Below, in pieces: positions 49,554 to 61,700 of a DNA stretch of 64,000 nucleotides (within the stretch, counting starts at the first letter, position 1; each line of letters starts with the position of its first letter). The notes under the pieces were generated by a model that did no database searches, was not told where the DNA came from, and worked only from the letters and a program-made list of their open reading frames with translations. A program made the position numbers and the translations under genes. The stretch comes from Tubulanus polymorphus (taxonomy: Eukaryota; Animalia; Nemertea), in the NCBI RefSeq assembly GCF_964204645.1, contig NC_134033.1, forward strand, positions 13,834,655 through 13,898,654, in the 5' to 3' direction.

Positions 49554-52500
49554 GTCGACGGACAGACGACGACTGTGACGACGACACGTGTCTTCTCCGA
49601 TGTGCTCTCCCGTCCGCGGCAAACTGACAGCTCCCCCTACTGGCGTAGATAAAAAACTGCTTTAATATATAAACGGTGTATCAGTGTCAAATCCCTGATG
49701 GCCTCTGCGATGATACGAACGCTGCCATTCTAGTATTCATTACGTATTAAAAATCTAGTCACACACTCCTCAATAACAATAACTACAGAGGGCAGTTTCT
49801 CTATGATCTAGTCAAAATAGTGTGCGTCGCAATAATCCTCAAAACACCGAGCGAAGATATTTTCTGCTGAATTCTATGAGATTGTCGATAGGCAACAATT
49901 GTATGTGTATATATATATTTAAGAAGGCGACTTTTTCCGGAACGAAATCGAAAAATCTTTCGCGTACGTAAGATTCGACGTCGAAGCGCGCTACGGTGCC
50001 GCACGGCGTAACTAGCGACGATTTTAGAACCCGCAGATTCAGGGTTTCGGGGCTCGTCGGGAATTTCACACTGATATTTTTGTCGTCGAATAAAAATATG
50101 GAATTGGTGCTATTTTGTAACAGGTTTTAGAAAACGGCGATCTCGTCGAACGGCGACGAATCACGCGTCGAAAACTATCGGAATCGATCTGATAATAGGA
50201 CTGCGCTTTTTACACTGAATCCTCGATTGTCTCAGTCTTGGTTTGAATTGCTTAAGGCTAGTTTAAAGTTTAGTGTATAAAAGACCTATAGTTTTGAAAA
50301 TCTAACATTCTGGTATAGTGGGTACACAATTTCAAGTTCTCTTACGCTGACGTTTAGGGTAAAGTGCTTCTATACACATGAATACGTTTGAAACCCTCAG
50401 GTGATCGGTGTTGACATGAACGTATATATGTCCAAAACCCTATTGCCGTATTGGACGTAAACCTACGCCACAAACCTTTAAGGAGTTGATAAAACTAATT
50501 TTCATTGTTTATCTTCAATGCTGTAGGTCTTTTACAAGCATTCTTCGTTACAGAATGCATGTATGACAAGCGTATTATGATGAGGGTTATTTTAGACGAT
50601 TCGATTGTTTTCTAGTTGTGATTCTGATTCCGTTCGTAAAGACGCCGTTGAATCGTAGCGAATGCATTTTTGTAGAATCGTAACTCTGCTGCCGATGATG
50701 ATATCGCGTGTGATTTTGTTTTAGGACCGTAGTTTTTAAAAGTAGTTTTAGCGTTGTGTGTGCAGCGTGTGCGCGCGCGCGTGTGTGTGTGTAGATTCGA
50801 GTATTCGTCGACGTCTGCTAGTGTTGTGGTCGTCTGCATGGTCGCTATGGCAATGATAGTTCGAACGTGTTAGAAAACCGAGAAAAAAGTAATCATGTTT
50901 TTAGAGATTGAGATTTTTTACTTTCGATAATCTATCGACCAATAATCTGACCAAATCATTTTTAAACCGAGATTCAAATTTTTGATATTCCTGGTACGAA
51001 TTTGTGTCTGAGGTATTTGTAATATTTTTTCTGAATTTATGATTTATCGATTAGATTTTATCGAAATATTGCGAAGATTTTTAGGGAATTTTGAAAACGT
51101 TTACGAAATAATTTCTGTTTCGAATGGGAATTTTTACAGCAGTATTTGAACGCACAAAATTTGTGTCTAGTATCTAGGTGTTTCTGCTCTATATTCTAAC
51201 CAACTGCTATCGAATTGCTATTTCCGAGGGAAGAAGCCAAACTTCGAAAATCCTTAAGATCTACGATGGGCAAACCCTTAATTTCAACCAGCTAACTGAC
51301 TTTGATTTGATGTAGGTCTATTTGGTTTGGTTTTTTTTCGAATTAAGTTGCCAAGTGAAATGCGTATGTCTGATTGCTGCGTCTGTTTGATACGTATCGC
51401 ATGTGTTTGACACTAAATGTGTTGCCATCAAGATACAAATTCTTTGAATATTTCAGCAAAAATTTTTTAGAAATTTTACAGGGCCAGAAAATTTCTTTTT
51501 CGACGTTAAATCAAAAATGGTTTGGATCAAAAACTAGTCCGACTGGGTCTTAACTCGAATGTCTGTACAGTAAAACTGGCCAGACTTATTTAAACGTATA
51601 AAGCTTTTAAATTTATGAAAATTCAGGGAAAATTCTCTACGATTTGAAAAGTCCAATTTTTTACGGTAATCAAAGAATTTGATCTGATCCGGCTTAGAAG
51701 GTTAAGGCATGATGATGTAAAAAAACATTAATAAGAACCCTTTTTTCCGAAAAACTACTTTAAAACGAAGTAAATTTGAGTCGAAAGTAAAGAAAAAGTA
51801 ATGTGTGAATTTTCTAGGCAGTTTCCTATGATTAAAAACTTACAACTATTGTGATCAAATTTTGAGGTCCAAATCCGGAGTAATATTATAATATGGAAAT
51901 ATGCATTCCATGAACCCGAAGCATATTATATTGTATTCTGAATGAAGCTTTCCAGCAACAGGTGGCGCTGAAACAGCAGGTCGAAACGATACCAGCAGAA
52001 GATATCGTTGCTATGGTTATCGTTTGGTGTACCACTTTCGGAGATAGGACAGCAGATAAGAGATTCGCCGACAACATTTTGGTAAGTCAAATCTTCATTG
52101 TGACAGGGTCCCTATGACTCCTTGTCTAATCTTCATTGTGACAGGGTCCCTACGACTCCTTGACTTCTTACAAACTCCTTCCAAACGGAAAATGCTTTTA
52201 AAGGTGCTTGAAACTCTTTTAATTTTAACACAAAGTGCGCAAAACTCCTTTAAAACTACTCTGATTTTGAGAAATAGCAATTGGAAATTTGTGTCTAGTT
52301 TGCAGTTGTACAGTAGACTATGCCCAAATCACATGGAACACTTGGAACCAGGATTTTTTTTAACCAACATTAGGCGGTTACCGAATTAGAAACCAATTTA
52401 AAAAGCGCAAAGGATAACAATTTGCTTACGAAACCTCTGAATTACAGAGAAAAACGGTACCAAGTCTACTGTAATTGGGATATGAAAATAGTGCAGATGG

Positions 52501-54241
52501 TTCCTCGAAATTTGAAATTTTTTTCTTGAAAACTCCATGCAGAAATGACTGATCTGTAGGGACCTTGTATGAGATAATTCGCATGAAAAAAATGATTTTA
52601 TCCTAAACGCGGTTTGTTTGTTTTTGTCATTTCAGTTGTCGCGGCGAAGTACATGCTGATTTCTCATTTGTCGCTTTCCGGAATGGAACACGGAAAGCCG
52701 AACCTTGAACTTAACGACTCTGAATGAGATCTTTAATACGAAAATAAGAAACGCGAAAAGACTCGTGAACCTCGAAGAAAATAAGACGAAGAAAAGAAGA
52801 TATTTTAGAAATAATCGAATTTAGCAGACGGACTCGAATGGTAACCATAGCAATGTAATTGAATCTTGTTCGAATTTTTGCTGAATACGTTTCTCTCGAC
52901 CTACGATGACCTCCTCGTCGAAAGCGTCATCGCTCGGAAAGCTTGATTCGAAGATGTTGCAGAAGCTGTTAACAGGAGAAAACTAGATGTAAATTCGATA
53001 CGGAAGAAAAAAAAGATGCGATAAGAGACGACTGGCATTAATTATTTATTCTTTCCTATTCAGAGTGTTTTTGTTGTATTTAGATTTTTCATTGTACAGG
53101 GCATGGGATTGTTGTTGTAGATTGTGTACAGGGAATAACGAGAGGATGTGCTAACACTTCGCGGAGATTCGATGCGCTTAAGATCGGGCCACTCGATGAT
53201 GCACGAAGCCTAGCAGGTTTAATTCAGAAGGCTAGCCCGTCTTTTGAATAGAAAGACCAAGTCTATCTCATAACTGGTAGGGCTGCCTCTTCAGTTCTAG
53301 AGATTTATCTCTGCGCAGTGTTTAGTTTTGTCGGTGTTTATAGTGTACATTAATGTGGAGATGCAATCGTGTGGATAAAAGAAATCATGGAATTCATCTC
53401 GATTACGACTTATTAAAATTTCCAGTCACATTTCTAAAATCAGGGGAATTTCAAATTCTATCACCGTCTAATTTGAAAATTTTGCATTAAGTTCGGCTTA
53501 AAATTTCGGCTTCGGCTTGAGAATTTGGGTTAACAGAAAATCTATGGCCCCGTGATTACCTTACTGAAAGTTAATTGTAATATTGTCAGAGCTGCCTGAT
53601 TTTCAGAATATCGTGACTATTCTATAATAAGAAATGCTGATTTGATTGTTTTTTTTTTATGCGAACAGGAATATATGAAAAACGTTACTGCTGAGGGTCT
53701 TACTGTTGATAACTGATTAATTTCACCATGTTCTTTCATATTTCAATGAAATGTTCGCGATGACAATTCGATTCGTTGCTAACAGTACTTTTCAGAGGTT
53801 GGCAGCCCTGCATTTTGGTTAATAAAAAGGAAATGCCGCACGTTGTATTTGTTGATTGACGATGGAGAGACTTGTTGTGTACAGAGAATAGAGATGTAAA
53901 GAACCCACTTGTAATATATATATATATATAGATGATTTCATAGATCATGAAACGAAAAACGAAAATTAATCTGAAATTTGCAAAGGTCGTACCTCGGTTT
54001 ATATCATGGTCTTATTCGATTTTGTGACTCTGGACGATTCGAATCTGATAATTTCTGGAAAGTTTTCTAGGCTTTTCTCGGAATACATATTTTTTGAATG
54101 GATTGATTGCTCTGTGGGTGTAAAAACCATCTTCGATGAGATTTTGAGAAATAATACTTGTACGTGTAAAATCGAAGAGTCTAGGCTTCTTACTGTTCAA
54201 TAACCATGGTCAAAATTCATGGAAGCTTGTAAAGCCTATTA

Positions 54242-54461
54242 GGCTAAACAAAAATGATACCTTGTTTCTCCGCAGCGGCCGGGTCATTTTTGTAAAATAT
54301 GATAAAATTTGTAAACAGTTCATTTCTATAGCGGCCGGGTCTGTTATGGTGAAATTGATCACGATTTTAAAAAAAGTAATGTATAGGGTAGATAGGCGGC
54401 TGGCCGGGTCAACATTTAAGCTCAGCAGAGCGGAGAAACAAAGTATCAATTTTTTTTGGCC
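54242..54461. mobile_element. PIF/Harbinger-like MITE
   Basis: ~32-bp TIRs GGCTAAACAAAAATGATACCTTGTTTCTCCGC / GCGGAGAAACAAAGTATCAATTTTTTTTGGCC with TTA on both sides. Confidence 0.85.
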
Positions 54462-55713
54462 TTAGCTTAATCGCCCACGGCCAGGTTCAGATTTCTTTTA
54501 AGCGATTAAGGCTCTGGCTCTTCATTCAATTGATCTCTCGTGAAGAAAACGGTTTTTGACGTGAGAATGATTTTCTGCCCGTATTGTACAAAGGTTAGTT
54601 CGTAGTGAGACTATATGTAGTGCCGCTGTAGAATTTTTCGTAATATCCTGCATGTTCATTTCTCTGAATGGAATAAATTAAATGTTAATAAGCATATTGC
54701 GTGTATTTTTCTTCGTTTGTTGTAAGAAGAATCTTTTTCAAAATTTGACAACCCTCAATAGGGCATGGGTACCTTCATTGAAGCGGAGTTTCTACAAGGC
54801 CCGGCCCGCACAGGACACAATCTTTTTTAATAGCTGTACTTGCAGGCTACGACTGCAGACTATGGAAGCCCTGAGACGACATTGCCAGTTGCTAGTTGAA
54901 AGTTGCGAGTTGAGCGTCAACAACTGTCAAAGGGCCCAGTGCAGTGTCGTACTGGTTTTGCCGTTGATATAATCGCATAAATAAAAGCTTGTCGGCAGAC
55001 CAGTTGGTGGGATTATTTTTTGGGTTGAAAAAAAGAAGTAGATTGCAAGAATAAAACACAGGGCCCAGTTTCACAAAAAGGTTTAAATTTTAAATCGATT
55101 TAATTTCTTCATTAATTCAGTTTATCTTAAATCGATTTAGGCCTCAATTCAGGATTTGTTATATTAAACTTAACTAAACGAACGATAGATTTTAAAATCA
55201 ATCATATTTATTATCATACAACAATTATACAAAATGCCAGGAGTGCTCGAGGAATTATACCGTAAGCTCCTCAAACACGTGGACTTTCAAAAACAACTAG
55301 TCCAACCACCATAGGCGTATAAACTATTAACGAGAGTTTATACACACATGTCATGTCGTTTTATCCCACAACAACAATTATACCTAAATGACAGGTATTT
55401 ATTTGTACTTCATGATCTGTAGGCAAAAAAGTCCAACATAAAAACATTAAAACCAGAGATAAAAACACAAATTCAAACTGGAAAGCTTATGATTAACTAA
55501 ACAGAGTATTTGATTTAGCGTGGAACTGTATCCTGAGTTCAGAGTTAACTCTAACTCACACAACTGTGAAACTGGATTAATTCAGGGTTGACGAATATAG
55601 CAATTGACGATTGGCCGCCGGCGTTGGCGATGTCGGCGGCACCGGTATTCCGTACTCAGTCCGACTCTTGTCGGGAACCAGTCCAATATTAGCATAATCG
55701 AGAATAAACCAAG

Positions 55714-58700
55714 ATGGCGTCGCTCGTAGCGTCCCCGTCTAATATAATTGTTCAAGACCCGAATTACGCCGTTATTTGCAGTCATTTGAATCAATTCGGC
55801 AGTTTACTGGGATTACCGACTATCACGTTCACTGATATTGAACAGTTCATACAACAACACGAGACCAGTGAGTACAAAAACAACGATTTAAATGGAAAAA
55901 ATAATCCATTTCCGGGTTCCCGACCCCTGCTGCACTGTCGAGTTTCTTTTGTTGACATTCATTGGTATTCACTAATTTCTACGCATTAGTTCAGTGACTC
56001 GTATTGATGAGGGTTTTTTGGATTTATATATGTGCCAATCAACAAGTAGTGTCCCTTAAACCTGTAGCTTGAAGCTAGTTGTGGAAACTTCATCATGTTA
56101 TTGTTTGTTAGGCCTGATATAAACTTCATTCATTCAGTTCTGATCCCAGACCTCGGCCAGGCATAGCTATGTAATTTTATTAGCTGCTTGAAAAGTAGCA
56201 TGTTTTCAGACCAAAAAGGGAATGTGGCGCCACAAAGCAGTTTGGGTTTCTCTTCTTGCAGGGAGAATTAGGCTACTCAGTAATTGAGTACCATCTGATT
56301 GACCTTTGGTGTTTGGACATGGGTGTTCTAATAGGCTAAGAGGCAGGCACATTGGAAGCAATTTTTGATTGGTAGCTGAAATTTATATTTTATAAAATAT
56401 CAAACTGTTAACCTTTCTCTCCATCTGTAAGGAAGGTTTCTGAGTGGCTAAACCCGTATCATTAATGGTCAGTTGATAATAACATTGACTCTTGAGTGAA
56501 AATTAGTTAATTTTCAATGACTTAAGTCCAATTCTAACTCAGAACTAGTGATGGAACTGGTCACGCGGTCAGAAAACTAGAGAAAAAGATACAAGTTGAA
56601 TTTGCTTATTGACTGTAAACCAATGACTGTGTTAAACAGATGTTGGTCTGATAACTTGAATTTGTGTTCGTTGCTCCAGGTCAGGCGCTGTCCAGGCCAT
56701 GTTACGTGTATTCTGGAAAGCAGTGGCGATTGGAAAAGTGTCCTTATTATCAGAAAAAATGCCCTTTTGAATATCTCCCGCTCAAATTGCCCTTTTTATC
56801 AAGACAGACGTAGTTAAAACCTGCAAATTTGACACTCGTCCTTTCAGAATTTGCACTTTTTTAGGAAGGATTTCTTAAAAAATACATCAACACTGCCTTT
56901 GAAGGCTGCATTATACTGGAATTTCCTTTCCTTTTCTCCTTTAGCCCGGCGTTCCAATTTTCTTAGATCAGTCCCTGTCCGTGAACGGATCTCTCAGTAA
57001 TATCGTGTTACTTGTAGCTCAGTTGACACGTTACTTCTTCAGATATTTTACAATGCTTCAATCGATGTTTGTTTGTTTTTTAGCTAATGAGTCGTTAGTG
57101 GCGCTAATTATTCGTCTTTTACGCCGAACTCCGCAGAAAAAATTCCATAAAGAACAATGGTTGAAAGCGTTGATTAAGGTAATCATAAAAAAATTGTTTT
57201 ATCCAAATAAACTCGAATTGATGTCATTGAATCTGTTGATCTTTATGAATTTCTGTTTAACAGTTTTGTCGAACTTATTCCGATGTCGACGCGTGGGAGA
57301 TTGAAAAGTTTAATTTTGCGGGTGCGGCAGTTGCGACTAAGTTGCGAGTCCTCAAGGTACGTACAGGTTAAGGAAAAAGAAACCAGTTATGGAAACTATC
57401 ACGACCATTACACAGTTCTCGGTCCAGAGCCATTGGTCAGAATAGTTCATCTCGAAATGTTTTAACAACTATATCGTCCAATCTTTACCAAGAACCAGTT
57501 TTAAGAAATGGATCAATTTTAGCCTAGGGTGTCGAACTAGAACTATATCGCCCAATCTTAAGCCTAGCCTACATCGACACTGCGATTGGAGACAACTAGT
57601 TGCCGGGCAGTTTTCGGCGCATGAGAGCAACTGGCTGGATACAATCAGTTGCTCAAACGTGTCGATGTGAGCTAACTTACGACATCTATCTCCAGTTCCA
57701 GCCAGCCCATGTTCTACTTTTGAGCAACTAGTTGTACTCAGTTGCTGTCATATCCGTCGATGTGAGCGGGGTACTCGCTCACTAGCAACTAGTTGTCTCC
57801 AGTCGCTTTGTCGATATATGCTTAGCTTTAAAATCAAGAACTAGTTTCAGGAAATGGACCACTTTTCGGTGTGAGACTAGATCCTACTCCAATTAATCGT
57901 TCGCTTATGATAATGGGATTAACAATAGGATCGCTTTACTCTCTTCTCAGAACCTGTTGGAAGCTCAATTTGATGGACACGCTAAATTCAAAGAGAAGAT
58001 CAATGAGAAAACGCCGGATGAACTGCGTATCGTGCCGTGCGGACGAGATCTCGACGGATTCTGTTACTGGTATCTCATAGACAGCGATATGAACATTCGT
58101 TTGTACAGAGAAGAACAGGACGACACGGATAACGAATCGTGGACGATGGTTTGTTCGTAAGTTCACGATGCTAGAATCATTTTGTTTTTCTTGCAGAAAA
58201 TACTTTTTCTATAGTCGCCCTTAAGTTTCGTGGCTATCAGGAAATCCCTGCTGTCCGGCTCACAATGTACCAACTGGTTGAAAGTGGCAGACTTAATGGT
58301 TCCTATTTTCAACCATAAACCAACCTCATTCTTTTCAAAAGTTTTCTTCTTGATTATTTTCGTGTGTTATTGATTGCAGAAACCGAAGCGAGCTCGTGAA
58401 TCTTATCGGCAAATTATCGGTAAAAGCGGAGAAATTGACGGATGAAAGTCGTTCGGCTACTCCTAGCGTTACTAGCAGCAGTAAAAGTACCGGTAAGCTC
58501 TAAATTTCCTTTCAAAATCCACACAACCAAAACCGTATTGTTTAGAAAGCGATGTGATGTTGAAAACTTCCATTGTAATTTATGTGCTATCTCGGTCTAA
58601 GTCAGAGGCAGTGAATTTGATTCAATCTTTATTGACACTAAGAATTTTACAATAAAACACTACATTTAGAAATCAGTCCAATTGAGACCGGGATTTTCTT

Positions 58701-61700
58701 TTTACCTAGTGAAGTGGTTTCAAAATTCTTATTTCAGAATTGAAAATTGCAAAACTCGATGAAGCCAGTTTGGATAGCATCAAGTCCGAGGTGGTAAAAT
58801 GCGAAGCGAAGTCCGAGTTGTCGCCGCTTGCATTTACGGATGTCGTGAAAAATGAACCGGACGAGGTCACCGCTGCCGATTGTAAAGATTTCGTCATTAA
58901 AACGGAAGAAAAGGCAGATTTAAAGACTAACGAATCCGAGTTGGGAGTCGTTAAAGAGGAGACGATCGTGAAGACGGAAGTTGATCCACCTCCGAGTGCA
59001 CAAGAGAAGGCATTAGCAGACGATATTAAAAACGTGAAAGTTGAACCTCCTGATGGCACTGAAAATCAGGATGAGCAGAAAGGAAAATCAGTTGAGGAGG
59101 AAGATTCCAGCATTGGAACCGAGGGTGGAGCGGATTGTGTGGTGAAATCTGCTGACGTTGTGGTCACTGCGGAGACTACAGACATTCCGAAGGATGACGA
59201 TAAGAATGAGGATATTGAAAATGATGAGAAAAGTTTGAAATCGAAGGAAGAATTTGAAAAGAATGCGAAAGAGGATTATGATGATAAAGTTGTCGTTGAC
59301 AAAGATGGAAATGAAAAAAGTGAAAAGGTGAATGACGAACAGGATACATCGGTTGAGAAACATGACGAAGACAAAAGTGAAATTATTATTGAGAAAGACA
59401 TTGAAAAAGTGACGGATAAAGAATCTCAACCAGAAGTTGGCGAGGTGGATAATAAAGCAAGTGAGGAAGAGGTAAAGGAACGAAAAGGTGAGGAGGAAAC
59501 GGCGGAGAAAACTGATGCTGAAAAGGTGGTTTGTGATGATAACAAGGTGGAAGAGAAGAATGATGTCGAAGGAAAGAGCGTTGGAGAAATTGCGACTGAG
59601 AGTGAACAAATTGTTCAGGATAAAGTCGATAAAGAACTATCAAGTGAAGAGAAGGAGGTTGTTGTTAGTGAACAGGAAGAAAAGAAGATCACAGAAGAGA
59701 CGACTAAATGCGCTCGCAAACGAAAAGAGAGCGAAAATGAAGACGATAAAAATGGTACGAAAGACGACAAGGACAGCAAGTTTATCGATAGTAAACGTAA
59801 GAAGACGAGCACCGAAGATGAGAAAGTGTCGGACGACAGCGAAAATGAGAAAACCAGCAGAGACAAGAAAACACGTCGCAAACGTAAAGGGGACGGTTGT
59901 GGCAGCGCGAGCGGTAGTGAGGATGAGAAACTGGATAGTGAAGATGACGGAAATGGGGAAAGCGACAGTAAGAGGAAGCGTAAGGATGAAGAAGGAAATG
60001 AGTATGTTAATACCGCCGCTGTTGAGAAGACTGCAGTCGAAGACAAGAACGAAACTGAAGACGAAACGAAAAAAGAGGAATCTAAGGAGCGAGGAAGTGA
60101 AGTGGTTGAGAAAGAGCAGGACGTGAAAGACAATAAAACGACGGATGCTAAGAGTGAAAATGAAGTGTTGAAATTGGAAGAGCGGGAGAAGGCGGAAGAG
60201 GGAGTGGCGCTAGCAGGGAAGGAGCCACCTGTCATAACAGAGGAATCATCTGTTTCGACGGAGGAGCCAGCAGTCGTATCGGAGAAGCCATTAGTTATTA
60301 CGGAGGCGCAACCAGTTGTAACAGAGGAGCCATCAGGTGTTACAGAGGAGCCATCGGTTGTAACAGAGGAGCCACCGGTTGTTACGGAGGAGCCACCGGT
60401 TGTTACGGAGGAGCCACCAGTCATAACAGAGGGGCCACCAGTTGTTACGGAGGAGGTGCCCGTTTTACCGAACGGTCGTGTTTTACGCCCGCGTCGGAAG
60501 AAACCGCCCCCGCCGCCGGTCGAGGAGGAAGACGAGGAGGAACCGTCGCCGCGGCGGAGTTCGCGGCCGGCGAAACGTCGCAAATTGAGCGACGACGAAA
60601 CGGAGAACATTCCGCCGCCGTGTAAACAAAACCGCGGTCCGAAAATACACGACAGCCGCCGCAAACGGAAGAAACCGTCGAAGAAAATCGTCGCGGCGTC
60701 GTCATCCAGCGACGACGACGTCCCGTTGAGTAAAATGAGAGGCAAAGGAAAATCGTCGAAATCTCAGAAAGGAAAGGTAAATATAAAATGCTTTCTGTCA
60801 CCTGTGATCAATCATACCGTTACAATTCGTGTCTGTGACTCGCCTCAGTTCATCTAACAATCTTCTAATCCCACGTAGAAAATCATACTTTTTCGGCTTC
60901 TAGACCCAAACTTCGGAATTCCCTCCCTAAGGGGTCCAGATCACTGGACTCAATCAATAGTTTCAAATCACAGCTCAAAATATGGTTGTTCCACAAACAC
61001 TTTGGAGAAACAGCGCTTCGAGCATGGCAACATGGAAAGGCGCTATATAAATATTCTTTATTATCATTTAATATCAATTCGTGTCTGTGATAGCAGTTCC
61101 GCAGTTATGGGTTTAGGAAGCTTCTTATTTGGAATTAACTTCTCTCTTCTCTTCATCGACTACAGAATCGCAAAAATACGAAGGAGGGCGACGAGGACGC
61201 CGACTTCGTGCCGAAACAGTATCGACAACGCAAGAAAAAACAGTTCAGTGAAAGCGAGAGCGACGACGATGATTTCGAAGAGGAAGATGAAGATGAAAGC
61301 GAGGAGCACGAATGGGAAGAACACGACACACAGTTCGATCCGTTTTTACTCGAATCCGATGACGAGAACGAGTCGAATGATGAGAATGATTCCGACTACG
61401 AACCAAAAGGGCGCAATGCGCGTCGCGTAGCCGCTAGAATGGGTGAGTTCAATGGCTATTATTTTTGAATTTTATATTTTTAGTGATAATGATAATAGAT
61501 GAAATTTATATAGCGCAAATTTCCATGCGAGCAAAGTTCGAATGCGCTTCTCCAGGGTATCCGTCTTCATAGGAGGCACAACAGTTTCGCTTAAACGAAT
61601 GCTTTGATTGAGGCAATGTCATTAAAAGTGTAGTGAGCGGAGAGTCGATGTCTGGGAGCTATTCGCTAAAAAAGCTCTACCTCCAAAATTAGAAAGGCAA

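Noticed and set aside
59088-60801. Long antisense and alternative-frame ORFs (173, 212, 376 and 118 aa)
   Set aside because: Shadows of the low-complexity Glu/Lys-rich RSF1 exon.
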